Positions 11,460 through 26,769 of a stretch of 64,000 nt of DNA are shown here, in pieces. Below the pieces are notes generated by a model. That model made no database searches. It was not told the origin of the DNA and saw only the letters and a list, made by a program, of their open reading frames with translations. Made by a program: the position numbers and the translations under genes. The first letter of the stretch is position 1. Each line of letters starts with the position of its first letter. Origin of the DNA: Octopus sinensis (lineage: Eukaryota). The stretch lies in contig NC_043004.1 of the NCBI RefSeq assembly GCF_006345805.1, forward strand, positions 8,432,001 through 8,496,000. Reading direction: 5' to 3'.

Positions 11460-12810
11460 GAACATATTTTTGCGCATGTGAATGCGCACACACTGCTTAA
11501 TAGAGCAAACACATGGTCAAATGGTCCTTGGTTTGGTCCCTTGGTTAGGTGCCTGTGATGATAACCTCAATTTGATACAATTCTTGAAACGAATTGGTTC
11601 GACATAACTCTATGGAAACACATCAGGATTTCTATGTCTGCTATTCAAAGCACCGTCGTAATGATTCTATCCAAAAATTACATTATGGGTGGAAATACCC
11701 GAGTCAAGCTGAGTATTTTCACATGAATTTAATTAGTATTTCGTACAGTTGCTCGGACAACAGATACAGTTCCGCAAACAACGGAAATCCATTTAATTTT
11801 TACTTCCAAGACGCAACAAAGAAATTTTAAAAACCGAGATCGAATTCTTATTTATCTACGAGACAAATCAGGTCAGCGTGACCAATAATCAAAAGGATTC
11901 TAGTTGGACCCATCACGTCTTTATTTGGAACTAGAATTGCAGACAAAGGATTTAGTCTGAAACTAATATAATTACAACGTGGAAGACACACATTAGTCAT
12001 TTAAAAGCACATGAAAGCTGTTAACTTCACTCAAACATTCATAATTGGGTGTCAAAACTTTCGTGGCCCCAACTGCGATCTAGATAGTGACAATGATCCA
12101 CTGTACTGTTTAGTTCTGGGCTGTTATTTCTAGCAGGTAGGTCTACTACACACAGTCTCCGCCGCAGGTGTAAAGACATGTCAGTAGAAGAGCATGACGA
12201 TTACAGAGGAAGAAGTTGGGTGAAGGATCTGAAAAAATATATTTAAAAGGGTGTCGCCACAGTCTAACTGCTGACTAACAAATCTGACCCTGAGATCACT
12301 CAACCACACCTCTAGCGCAAGCTAACATCGATAGGCCAACGGTTGTATTTCATCCAGTCAAAGTCTTATCTTGCACCCACTTGCTTTTCCTAGACGAACT
12401 TGGGCTTGGTTTTATGATATTGGCACCAACTTAATCTAAGAGGTCAACATTCGGTAGCAGCCATCATTTCTTCATCGCTCCGTTCCTCTGTTTACTCCGC
12501 CGTCTCCCTCTGCCCTCACAAATCGGCAACTGAATGTCTTCACTCGCTTACACGTTCGGTATGTTCCCAAATGAAGTTGGTACACTCACTGGGAGAGATA
12601 AGGTAGAGATAATAGGGAAAAAAAAATATCAGTGATACATGCATATATGTATATGTATGTATATATGTATGTTTATATGTATGTATGTATGTATGTATAT
12701 TTACATATATATATATATATGTGTGTGTGTGCGTGAGCGTAAATATATACATATATGTATTTAAATATATATATGTATGCATATGTACACGCATAAACGC
12801 ACACACACAC

Positions 12811-12852
<42 letters not shown>

Positions 12853-13638
12853 GCACATACATTTATACACACACACATACACACAAATATATTGAGTATG
12901 TGTGGGCGGACGCAATAGGTATGTATGTATGAATGTATGCATGGATCTACGTGCATGTACGCATATACACGTGTGTGAGTGTGAATATATATATATATAT
13001 ATATATTAAGGTATGTAGAAAAATACAACATGGACAAGAACGTATAACTCTTAGAAGACGATACAATAAACACGGACAGGACATTCGAAACCCTCTGTCT
13101 TCAGTCAAGAACCGGATCATCGTAGTAATTTCGGCTGATTAATCTTGAAAAGCAACAAGTGTCTTACGACTGATAACAAGCAAACAAATTTTCTCTAGCG
13201 CATTTTGGAAAGGAGCCTTATCGGCGATGCCTTGGCGGCGGACGAAAAACAACGATGTTAACACGTCGCTGGTGGGAAGCTGAGAGGCAGATTTCGGCCA
13301 GCGGTCACGTGACAGAGAAGAGAGAAAAGAAAAGAAAGAGAAGCAAAGGAAGGAAGAGAGAGAGAGAAGAGAGAGAGAGAAGAGAGAGAGAGAGGAGGGA
13401 CAAACGCAACAAGGGGAGAGAAGAGAGAGAAAGAAGGAATCAGAGAGAAGGGATGGGTGTCGAAGATTGACCTGTGAGTGCAGGGCGAGACAAAGAAATG
13501 GAAGAAAAAAAGGATGAGTAGCGAGAAAAGAGAGAGAAGGGGACAGATCAAGTAAAAGTGAGAGAGAGAGAGACAAACAGAGAGTCGTACCAATTTTTAA
13601 GAATATGTGCTCACATTAATGTTAAGAGGGTACGTAGC

Positions 13639-13932
<294 letters not shown>

Positions 13933-14579
13933 GAGTTTTGAAGTAATTGACCGGAAGTAAGAATGAAGGGAAAATGATTTGTGGAACAGGAGAGTGTGAA
14001 AATGGTCAGCATGCGCGCGCGTGTATATGTGGTTGCGTGTGGTAGCATGCGGTGTGTGTGGTAGTGCGCGTTTGTATGGTAGTGTGTGTGTGTGCGGTAA
14101 CTGTGTGTATGCGTATGGTGGTGGTGGTGTGTGTATGGTATTAACTGTGTGTGTGTATTTGTGTTTATGTGCGTACTTTGTGCGTGTGTGTGAATATACG
14201 TTTGTGTGTGTCCGTAGATGGAAGGGGCAATACACACACGCGCACACATACACACACACACATACATACATATATATATATATATACACGCACGTACATA
14301 GATGCATATACAATATGTGTGTATCCACGAGAGAGGGGTGGAAGAGCAAGTTAGGATGTAGAGCAATAAAAACGTAATGTGTGAACAAATCAATTAATTT
14401 GTGATTTGTTGGTGTTTTTCCAGTTTTGTAGGAGGCGGTGACATTGTAAATGTTTTTTGTGTTTTGTTTTGTACAAAATGAACCAATGAGACAGGAGTAA
14501 CATATATTAACATTACACAGACCATAAGGAAGGAAGTGACCTTTGACCCAAACAATTAGGGGTTGCAACCTCAAAAGCC

Positions 14580-14790
14580 TGCTTATTCATTAGCGTTTGT
14601 ATGCCGGACAGAATGCTTCGCGACGTTTCGTCCGTCTTTACGTTCTGAGTTCAAATTGTGTCGAGGACGACTTTGCTCTTAATCCCTTCGGGGTCAATAA
14701 AATGAGTACCAGTTGGACACTGGGGTCGATGAAATCGACTCATCCTTTTCCCCAATAGTGCTGCCCTTGTGGCAAAATTTGAAACCATTA
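14580..14790 (+). mobile_element. SINE family A
   Basis: ACGTTCTGAGTTCAAAT..CCCTTCGGGGTCAATAAAATGAGTACCAG. An oppositely oriented copy lies at ~15225-15400. Confidence 0.75.
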
Positions 14791-15632
14791 ATATCATTTT
14801 TATTATCCTCTTCTTTCAATTTTGCTTCCATTTCTTGCCAAGTGTCTTCCCGATACCTAGGGGAAAGAAACTCGCCATTATTTTTATTATTATTATTATT
14901 ATTGTTGTTGTTGTTGTTGTTGTTATGTTTATTATTATTAGTAGTAGTATTATTACAGGGTCGAATTTGTCTTTCTTCCAGTATCAAGTACTAAAGCCAA
15001 TACAATCAATACAATACAATACAATACAATCAGTGGTTAGATAGATGAGCCTTAAAGTAGCGACGAAGATTTATACATGGAAAACGTCCCTTAAATTGGC
15101 CCCACATTGCCGATAGAAAATAACGCAGACACCAACTTATATTGTTTGCATAGCATATAATTTAGCTCTTATTAAGTTTTCTTAAATGTTCTGAGCCTTA
15201 AATTTATTTCCTTCAATTAAATACAATGGAAGGCGAAGCGATTATATCGACACCAGTGATCAATTGATGCTTATTTTATCGCCCACGAAAGGATAAAAGG
15301 GAAAATCGACTTCGGCGAAATTTGAACTCAGAATGCGAAGACGCACGAAATGCTGCAAAGCATTTTGTCCGGTGTGCTAACGATTCTGCCAAGTCACTGC
15401 TTCAAATGCAACGTCTATAGTCAACGTAGGAAGTGAATAAAAATTGTAGAGTGTAAGATTAAATATCGAACAACATTCTGCTGTTTTTGCCATTACATCA
15501 TAAATATGTATTGAAGAAACCTTGTACAATTATATTTTAATGTCAAAATCATTTAGAGATGAGAATATATTTACATAATTTGGTGCACAAGGTTAAACAC
15601 ATAGCTAATGAACGAATATATATATATATATG

Positions 15633-15727
<95 letters not shown>

Positions 15728-16159
15728 GTGTGTAAGTATGTGTGTTTATATAGGTTTATGCATGTAGGTACAAACACACACACACACATTACACACATTA
15801 CGCATATATAGATATAGGCATATACGCATGCAATTTTGTACGCATGTAAAAATATATCTGACTGTATGTATGCATGTATGAATGTAAGTATGTATAACAT
15901 TTGAATATAAATAACAAAACCGCAACATGCTTCCTTATCGCCATGTTTCTTCTATCTATTTTAAGCGGCATTCTTCTCACTTTCGCCTTCTTATCGTCCA
16001 GCATTTATCAACAAAATTCTTTGGAGAGTCTAATGTCATTAGAGTTATATTAAGTTCAAAATCTTCTTCTATGTCGAAATTCTTCCGTAAACCAGAATTA
16101 ATTTATCTTGTTCAAAAACAACTTCAGCTATTTTGACAAACATACTATGTGTGTGTGTA

Positions 16160-16350
16160 TATATTCTTTTTTCCTTTTACTTGTTTCAGTCATTTGACTG
16201 CGACCATGCTGGAGCACCGCTTTTAAGGGTTTTAGTCGTTGAAATCGACCCAACGACTTATTCTTTGTAAGCCTAATTCTATTGGCTCTCTTGCCGAGCT
16301 GAACCGCTAGGTTACAAGAATATAAACATACCAGTATCGGTTGTGAAGCG
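16160..16350 (-). mobile_element. SINE family D-associated fragment
   Basis: CATTTGACTGCGACCATGCTGGAGCACCGC...AAATCGACCC, shared with 44465-44851. Confidence 0.6.
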
Positions 16351-16441
16351 ATGACGGAGAGACAAACACACACATACAGACACACACACTCACACACACA
16401 CACCACATCACACCACACACACACATACACACACAGAGATA

Positions 16442-16481
<40 letters not shown>

Positions 16482-16692
16482 CATTCATACAAACATACAT
16501 ACATATATAGACATACACACACACATACATACATATATACATACATACATACATACATACAAATCTGTGGTATTGAGTAGAATATTTACCGTATCCCTTC
16601 TTTTATACCGTGCCAAATCATGTACATCTTAACACTTCCAATCAGCTAAGATCAGAATCCACGAGAGCCAGTGCCTGTTACTGCATCAGGAC

Positions 16693-16759
<67 letters not shown>

Positions 16760-18234
16760 TGTTACTATTCGTTTTCATCTATCTATTTACATGTGTTCTC
16801 TGAATGATTGCTATCGAATGTTAAATACGTCGTAATTTTTCATACCATGGCTTCTTCCTACTTCTTCTGTTTTCTGATCTTTTGTTTTTGCGAAAAGAGT
16901 AAGAAAAACAGCGGCAGCCTTTCTTGTCCTTAACACCTTCACATCTGATCTTTAACAGCTTCTAAATCAACAGCAAACTATTCCGATAAAATGCTTATCC
17001 CTCAATATTCCTCTATCTTTCTCTAAATTTTACTTACACACACGCACACTAACACACACACAAACACACACAAACAAACACACACACACACACACCACAC
17101 ACAGAGAAACACAGATACACGCATACATACGTACATAACATACATACATACATACACACTCTCAGCAAATGACAGATTGAAGACGTCTTTGCAAAGAAAA
17201 TGGCTATTAATCTGTTAAAGAGTTTCAAAGCGAGGCTCTGTACTTGTTGATATATTTAAGTATTCAAAACAAGTGATCGTTGACATAGGTAAGGAGGTGA
17301 ATTGCCAGTGTTTCATGACGTTATTATGTGCTGACGGAAGACAAATAAAAACTAACTCACTTCAAATAGACCTCATATGCCTTGCTGTCATCTTACTGTT
17401 TTTGTCCTTCATATAACTAATAGTTAGTTTTATAAATAACATTCCTTTCCGAAAGGATAGCGTTGTGTACGGGCAACATATCTTCTCAGCGAGAGAATAT
17501 GAGAAAAACAGCGGTGGTCTGCAATCACTTAATACTGCCTTTAAATTAGGATACAGTCACCTGGCGTGTTGAGGAGTGAACACACACGTTTCAGGCAACG
17601 CCTATCTGCGGAGTAGGAAGGGAACTTTATAGGAAATGTTTGTGTTTATGTCGCCAAACGATACACGAACGTATCGAAGTTCGCCAGCTTTATGTGTAAT
17701 ACACAGCGAAACGTTATCGCTGAACGATATACAACGCGTTGCTCTTTGTAATACTTTACACGATCTTAAGAAATGATAATTTAAATTCCAACAAACGAAG
17801 GAAATTATAAGTAAGCGGAAAAACTATAATAAACGAAACGAAAGATAATATGTAGACATAGCTCCACTTACGTCATTTCGACTTTACGATGTTCTTTTAA
17901 GTAATTAATGGAAAAAGATAAATCCGGAAACCAGTCGATTTATCCAACTTAACGTCGGTCTCATCAAATATATTTAAAAGCATAGAATTAAGAAAAATAC
18001 ACACTTAAAAACCCATATTGAAGTGGAGAAAATACAAGTGAAAATATATACAAATAAATTATTGAAACAGATATTAGAGGTACCGAAAAGTAGTGTCTGG
18101 TTTTAAGCAAATAGTTTGACGTCATAGCTTACAAGCCAATGAAAGATATCCTTGCTCTCAACTAATCAACATAGAGTTAATGAGCAAACTTTAATGTGAA
18201 GCCATGCTGTGTTTGTATTTAGTCTATGTGATAA

Positions 18235-18870
18235 ATATTGGATGAGAAGGGATTTTTTGTGAGCTACATATTTAGCATTGAATGCTTTATGAACTTCATA
18301 AGCACAACTATGCACCGCATGCAAAGAAAAATGGATATACTGAATAACGTGGTGGTGTGAGTGTTTGGAAATACAAAACTGGTTCGGCAAATTCAAAAAC
18401 GGTGATTTCGATCTTTTGGATGGTTATCGGTCGGGAAGATTGTTCTCAATAATGACGCAATAAAGACAGGAATTGAAGAGGAACCGCGTCAAAGTAGCGG
18501 GGACTCATCCCGGTGGCTTAATAAATCTTGGTCCACTGTGCAAGATCATCTGAAGCAAAAAAAAAAAAAATGTATAGAGAAGGGAAGCGAGTACCTCTTC
18601 GGTCGTCATCTCACAATACAAGTCACATTCAGTGAAGATGAGCCAAGAAAAGACATGTCTCACTTCCCTTAATTAATATCAAGAGATTACTTGGACATTT
18701 TGCCGGTAGAAAAGCGTTTGCAAGAAGGGACGATGTCAAAACGGAACTCGAAACATTTTTCTCTTCTAAAAGAACCTGAATCCTTTACCCGAGGAATCAG
18801 AAAACTAGTTTCGAGATGATGAAATGTTATTACTAACAATGACGGTTATATTTTGAGTGAATGAATACAT
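18235..18870 (+). mobile_element. Internally deleted mariner transposase relic
   Basis: MLYELHK..; QNWFGKFKNGDFDLLDGYRSGR; DAIKTGIEEEPRQS..WSTVQDHLKQ; C-terminal DVKTELETFFSSKEPESFTRGIRKLVSR. Confidence 0.8.
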
Positions 18871-20370
18871 TTATGCTGATTTGAACTCATTACATCAAAT
18901 GCTGCTGTACTTTTCGGTAATTAAATCTTTCGTGTTACGTCGTTTCTCGAGTTTAATTGCCTCGGAACCAGTTACCGACGTAAGTTGAGGTAATCATGTA
19001 TTTCTTAGGCTTGCTTCACATTATTGATGAAAAGTACAAAGTCAACCACTTTTGATGAAAGTGTTTAGTTGATTATATCGATCCAGTAATTGACTAGCAC
19101 TTTATCAACGAAGAACTGTTGCATGGTAAATTCAACTCCATTGAGATCTGAACTCCAACCATAAAGGCATTGCAAATCATTTTGTTCGACGCTCTTCTGT
19201 GTCTTCTTGTCCATTTCCCGTGCTTCGTTGCTAATTACTAAATTTTAAGTCGAAAGCTCGAAAGAAATTGATACAACGCTCCAACTAGAAATTTGTTGGG
19301 AATGATAAAACTCTTGAATTGACACACGTACATTACTGGTACTAGTGTTATAAGCTATTAGAGAGATAGAACCAAAGACCACTCCTTCGCGATTTGATCA
19401 CGGAATGTAAAGGGCGTACCTAAACACTGCAAGGTATTTTGTCCGATAATTTAATTCATATGACTGGTATTTATTAAGTATACGGAAATATGGGTTGTTC
19501 CATGTTGAATGGGTCGGAAAATAGAAAAAGATAAACACCTACAACATAGAGAAAGAGATAGCGAGCGAGAGAAAGAAAGGGGGGAGAGAGGGAAAGGTGG
19601 GAGAGAGAAAGGGGGAGAGAGAAAGAGGGAGAGAGGAAAAGGGGGGAGAGAGGGGAAGGAGGAGAGTGAAATTTGTCTTACTATACATGCTGCACAAATG
19701 TATATATTCGTTCGAAGTTGATGAATTACTTAACTGCTATATGGAGTCTTGTTGTGCACAATCGTTCATACAACAAAAATATTTGTTGCAGGAAGAGTAG
19801 CAGATAGCGAGACACTCTGTGTCTCTTTATGTTTTATTTCTACTTTGTAGAAACAAACACTTACTTCGAACAAACATTTAATACGTTTTTCCCCCTTTTC
19901 TCCATAAAACCCCAATTTCGATTTTCTTATTACTAACCCGGACTAAAACCGTACCAACGAATTATTTTATAAAAATGTAAAAATTTCCACTTGTTAATGG
20001 AAATATCAATTTAACGCTTGAAACTGCTAAACTTTTTGATGTGACAGGTATCACATGCACACCCTTTCAAGTGTAATGTATATAGTAACATGTAACACTA
20101 TTTTATCGTAGGCACCGTAATTCCAGCTGCATTATGCATAAAATTGACTTAAAATAGAAGCAGAAAGTAAACCGCTTCCGCAAGTGTCATTATAGGTTCA
20201 AATTACGCTTACTTGCTTGCCTCAACTTTTAACAGATATTTTATTCTATATGCGTATAAAAGAGTATTAATAAATGTATATGTAAATGTGTGTGATTGCA
20301 TGAGTGTATGCATGCAATCACACGTTCGTATATGTGTCTATGTGAGTGTAAATATTACAACTATTTACTA

Positions 20371-21474
20371 TATCCCGCAATTGGGTCTTCCACATTTTTT
20401 TACTGTCGGCTTCTGTGTTGAAGAGTGAATTCGGGCTTGTGTTAGGAGACTTTTCATGGATTTAGGCTGTCTCTTGCTTTTTATGATCGTGTGTGTTTGG
20501 AGGATTGTGTTCATTCTGTGGTCTTTTTTTAGGAGGGGTATGTTGTGGAGGATGGTGCCGAAGGCTTCGTTATTGAGTGGGTTGTGTGTGGAGATGTATG
20601 GTAAGGCTTTTAGTCGTAAGTTTTTCTTTGATTTGGGATGTCTCAGTTCCTTGATGTTTAGTTGAAGGGCACGTTGAATGCACTTGTCAATAAGTGAAGG
20701 TGGATAGTTCCTGGTGATAAGGGTATCTTTTAGTTCTTGTAGTCGTGTGTCTCTGGTGTTTGCATTAGAGACTATAGTGCATATCCTTTTTGCTAGATTG
20801 AAGGGGATATTCATCCTGGTGTGTCTGGGGTGGCATGAATTGAATGGAAGATATTGCTTAGAGTATGTAGGCTTATAATATATGTCTGTTTCTATTACAT
20901 TATTAGCTTTCTTAATGAGGATATCGAGGAAGGGGAGTTGTTGCTGGCTATATTCCATCGTGAATTGGATGTTTACGTCCAGTCCGTTTAAAATTTCCTG
21001 GAATTCTATGAGTTTTTCTATATTTTTATGCCAAAGAATGAAACAGTCATCTAGATATCTCTTCCAGTTGTTTTCTATGTAGATGGAGAAAGGGCTGCCA
21101 TATCTTTCCAGAACCTTACGATACAGACTGATCTCTAGATATCCTATGACTAGGTTGGCAAAGGAGGGGGCCATTCGTGTACCCATCGCAGTCCCCGATT
21201 TTTGTCGGTAGAAGTTGTCATTGAAGGCGAAGAAGTTATTTTCCAGGATGAATTTAACCCCTTCTATCACGAATTCTTTTTTGATGCGATGTGGTAGTTC
21301 GTTGGCGTGATTCTCTAGCCAGAATTGGATTGCCTCTAGTCCTAGGTTGTGGGGGATATTGGAGTAGAGGTTGACTACATCAAAGGATACCAGTATGGTG
21401 TTTTTGTTTATAGTATTCGGTAGGTGATTGAGCATATCCAAGTCGTCCCTTATATAGCTTTTGACATCTTCCTC
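20371..21474 (-). mobile_element. Penelope-like element RT (open, truncated at both ends)
   Basis: SYIRDDLDMLNHLP, SFDVVNLYSNIPH, GTAMGTRMAPSFANL, WKRYLDDCF, FLDILI and YLPFNSCHP. It breaks off in the Cys linker KCGRPNCG before the GIY-YIG domain. Confidence 0.92.
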
Positions 21475-21885
21475 ATAATCATCATCATCATCATCAACAT
21501 CGTCATCATCATCATCATCAACATCGTCATCATCTTCTTCTTCTTCTTCTTCTTCTTTTCTTCTTCTTCTTCTTCTTCTTCTTCTTCTTCTTCTTCATCT
21601 TCTGCTCCACCTTCTACCTCTTAACTTTATCACTAATGCTTTTTAGTAAAACACCTACGCAAATTCCATAAACAAACCTCTCAATAGAAATATTCTCCTG
21701 AATTGAACTGCAACTGCTAGCCGTCACTGACCATTCAAAATACAACAATCAAGGCACTCCCAAATTTTTCCACCCCCTCTCCTCATCAGCCTTCTTCTTC
21801 TTCTACTCTACCAAGAATTCACAACGACCTCGAACACACAAGTGCAAACAAGGGAGTCAGAGAAAGGCAGAATGCCACTTATATC

Positions 21886-22206
<321 letters not shown>

Positions 22207-22960
22207 TGTGGTTCAGAATGTTGCTTCTCAGGTATGATGTGCCTAGTCTCACTGTGCGGCATCTTGCATAAGTGTTTTCTCCTATAGCCCCGGGTGGCCC
22301 ACACCCGTGTCAGTGGATTTATATATATATATATATAAAGAGAGAGAGAGAGAGAGAACAAAAACAAACATCTCACTATTCTAAGAAGAATAAAGAGAAT
22401 GTAGCCAAATGCGAGTATTTTGTGAACTGGTATTGTCGAGTTTAAGTTGTCAGGTCCCTACTTCAACACTAAAACCACTGCAATGTCGATTCGAATGAAC
22501 TAATTTCTGAAATGTAAGCATTATATTAAGAACCAGACGAGTGTTTCACTGGCATGCAATGTGGAATCCAGCACCTGCTGAGTTTAGTGTTTAGAAAAGA
22601 TTAGACCCATGCTTGGAGAAGGATGGGCTGACGGCGTTGTATGAGTGAATACTGAAAGGAAATTAGCATTATGGCCTTGTGGAGTCCCAATGCGATATGG
22701 CATCCGCTGGCAGCAGCAATCTCTACATAAAATCCAACTTGTCAAATGATATAGCAATTAGGATTAGTCAGTGGAATTGGTGATCTGCGGGCCATGGCTG
22801 TAGGAATTGGATTGGAAATGGTAACAGGAGAAGAGTCAGTGGATCTCGTTGGGAATGAAGAAGAAACTATTTCTCTACACATGGCGACCTTTCTCACCAG
22901 AAAGATGTTCGACATGCCTTGCTACACACACAGACACATAGACAAGTACACATAAATACA

Positions 22961-23020
<60 letters not shown>

Positions 23021-23217
23021 GATACATACAGATACTTACACGCGCACACAAACCCACACGGATTCTTAAGCATACATGCATACATACATACATATTCATA
23101 TATATATATATATGTGTGTGTGTGTTTGTATATACACATATAGATATATGTTTCTAAACATTTTTTTACATATTTATACCTATGGATATATATGTATATG
23201 CATATGTGTGTGAGTAA

Positions 23218-23286
<69 letters not shown>

Positions 23287-23292
23287 TGTGTG

Positions 23293-23337
<45 letters not shown>

Positions 23338-23972
23338 GTATGTATATACGAGTTTGCTTTTGCATGTATGTACGAGATGAAGAATTTGGAAAGCGGTCGG
23401 CACACTAACATTAAATTGTATTTTGAAATATAAACTGAGACAAGAAAGAAATGGCTCTTGAAACCTGACACTCGACTAAGCCCGACACACACACACACAC
23501 GCACACAAACACACGCACACACAAAGCCTGGGGCGGTTTGTGGTTTATTTCCCGCCTGACACTTTGCTTACTGTGCAGCTTCTTCGCTTTACATAGGAAT
23601 GACAATATCGTAAAACAGGAGCCGGGGTTGAAATATCAGTCAGACGACGTCAAAGACAAGGATGGCGGCGGTAACGGGGGGAGGGGGTACAGTAATGATG
23701 GCGGCGACGACGGACGACGGACGACGACGGACGACGACGGACGACGGCGGACGATGAAGACAAGGGACGTGACGCAAATGATTCTGACGACAGCGACAAC
23801 GATGACATCTACATTACGACAAATGCAGAAAAGAGAGAAAGAAGAAAGAAGTAGCAGTAAGTATAAAAGTACCATCACCATCATCATCATCATCAGCAGC
23901 AGCAGCAGCAACAGTAGCAGCAACAGTAGCAGCAGCAGCAGTAACCGTAGTTGTAGTTGTAGCAGCAGCATT

Positions 23973-24168
23973 TGAACACTATACAAATATTCCTTTAAAA
24001 AAACTTTTCTTTTAATTTTTCTAAATTTAATTATTTAATCGTTACAGTTGAAAAGGTCTCAAAATGACCGAAACCGGTACTGAAATGTTCTTTATAAAAT
24101 TATTTCACCATTTTCTATCTTGACTTGTTTTTTCATATATATCAACTCGTGTGTTCCTTTTCACACTT

Positions 24169-24174
<6 letters not shown>
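23973..24174 (+). mobile_element. PLE pLTR fragment, copy 2, with hammerhead candidate at 24045-24082
   Basis: Direct repeat of 21886-22085; stem II is a perfect GGTC/GACC. Confidence 0.75.
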
Positions 24175-24237
<63 letters not shown>

Positions 24238-25664
24238 CGCATACACGCATGTCATGTGTTGGATACATCGATATTATGTCTCTTAAAATAAATCTGTTGC
24301 ACAGCTTTGGGGATTTCATTATTGGTCTAGAAATAATATTTTTGTTGTTTTGTGAAATCTTATGAAAGTTCAAGAAACCGTTTGCATCGAATCCCATCTC
24401 GTTAGATATCAATGAAACGAAAGGGAGAGAGAGTTGCAAAGCTTTTGAAAAGAAGTTGAAATGCTGCGAAAATTCAGTATTGTATATATTTCGGAGGAGT
24501 GATTGATGAAGTGTTACTAAATAAATATAGACTGCACATAAAGTGGTGAGTATTGGGGATACGTAGGCAAAACAAACCCGTTTGTATAAAATATTTGAAT
24601 TTCATGATGAAATTTTCTTTTCTTACTGTCAATAATTGGATACGATTTGTTTTCCAAGAAGAAATAACTTTCGCGAAACTATATAGCCTTCTTTTATAAC
24701 GACATTTGTTTGGTAATGAGATATTGTGACATACATAGTCGCAGACATAGGCATGTGGTTAAAAACTTCGCTTCACAATAATATGATCTGGAGTTCAAGT
24801 TCAAAGTACTGAGCCAGCGTTGTTAACCATTGTCTCGGGTTGTGCAATATGTATACACCAGATAATTCAAAGGGAAACGAACTGAGATCAGCAGCTGAAA
24901 AACTGGAGACGCCTATCGCAGATTGCTAGAAATGATTAGCATTTAATTTATAATGTAGTAAAGAATACATTTATGAACTGGGTTCTGAAATTCATCGCTT
25001 CTTGGTGAACCAACGAAAATTTCTCTCTCTCTCTCTACATATATATATACATACATATACATACATGTGTGTGTGTGTGTGTGCATTTGATTAATGAGAG
25101 AGACGGAAGATGGAAGACTCGGGTATGTTTGTAGATTACTACAATTGTTTTGACTCATCTAGCATTGATCCCTCACCGGTGAGATATTGAAAAACTGGTT
25201 CAGGAATGTCCGTCGGTGTAGATGTGTCTCTTCAGGTGATTTATAGGTGTATCTCGTTAAAATAACGTCTGTTCCGCCAGTTTACTTCTCGGTGTGTGTT
25301 TAAAAAAGCAGCAAATTAAGGAATACAACTTAATTATTGTATGATAGAAGATCAATAAAAATCAAATGCAAAAAGAAACAAATGCACAATACAGCAAAAG
25401 AAGTATTAAATGTAACCATTTGCAGATATGGATGTGCAAACGCCCTCGCTTAGGTTGTATGGCGCACGTACACTCGATTGTACAAACTTACACGGAAATA
25501 TAAACATACGCACGCGCATGATTTGGCACACATACACTCACACAGCCAATTAAATAAATACTTTGTGTTCATAAGGATGGAGAATTTATAATTAATTTAT
25601 CCATACTATAAGGTAAATTATGGTTATTAAGTTGATTAACGATTACTCAAATTCATTCTCACTG

Positions 25665-25960
25665 CATTGTGTGAAAGTGCATTTATAAGCACGCAAGCAT
25701 CTTGAGAGTCTTTCATCAATCTTATGGATGATCTTCTCATTGCTTCACAAAATAGACAAGGATTCCTCGGAGCAGAATTTGCATCTCCCGGAAAGGATAT
25801 CATACGGTTGTGCGTACCATATTATAGACCAAGTAATATCATACTTAATTTCAGCCAAAGATATCGAATGCCTCTTGTTGACGTTCTTGAAGCCTCTTGT
25901 TGATTCTTGAATGAATCAGCCTTTGTCCCAATTTAAACGTATGGTCATCGCTTTGTGTGT
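25665..25960 (-). mobile_element. Degenerate PLE GIY-YIG C-terminal fragment
   Basis: FKNVNKRHSISLAE..KYDITWSIIWYAQPYDILSGRCKFCSEESLSIL parallels SFKYPENRKKTSLAK..VTWSILDRAAPY..CKLCLLEK at 56162-56539. Confidence 0.7.
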
Positions 25961-26275
25961 ACGGTACATTTACATACAAGATTCGTACACATACAGAGGT
26001 TCATCACTAGGCATTTTATTTTTTCTCTGTATGAGCATTTACTAGATTTAGCTGCATATGTGGCAGTGCTGACTTCATTTTCCGACGCGGTTACCGTGTT
26101 GGCTGTATCACCATTACTGCTACTAGCACGATGTGGCCGCAGTGGGTATTTTTAATTCTGGCTGTATTTCCTTTCTTGACAGTTTGATGTATGTATGTAT
26201 GTATGTATGTATGTATGTATGTATGTATGTATGTATGTATGTATGTTTGTGTGTATGTGTGTGTATGTATGTATG

Positions 26276-26319
<44 letters not shown>

Positions 26320-26337
26320 GTGTGTGTGTGTGTGTGT

Positions 26338-26374
<37 letters not shown>

Positions 26375-26701
26375 CATGTCGAAATCGTTAAATCGTTTCT
26401 TCTTCCATAATAGATCTTTGTCGCAGTGTTTATCCTTATTCTTTTGCTAGAAAGATAAGCAACAAACATTGGCCTGATTGTTTCCCAATTAAGGAACCGT
26501 CGCTGCTCATCCCATTGCAACATAATCTTCCGCCTACAACTTCCTGTTAATTTCAATCATATTTTATCGTTGTTATTTGGTGTCGCTAAAGTAAGTATCG
26601 TTGATATAAACATAAGATCCGGGTAGTACCAACGCCACACCTTCAGCTGATTGTTTCTCAAGCAAGTGACTAGAGAGACGGTGCTTTGCACTGTGTCTAC
26701 G

Positions 26702-26769
<68 letters not shown>

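Noticed and set aside
25722-25750. LMDDLLIAS as a gypsy RT motif
   Set aside because: No YxDD and no flanking RT similarity; the opposite strand is better explained as PLE GIY-YIG.
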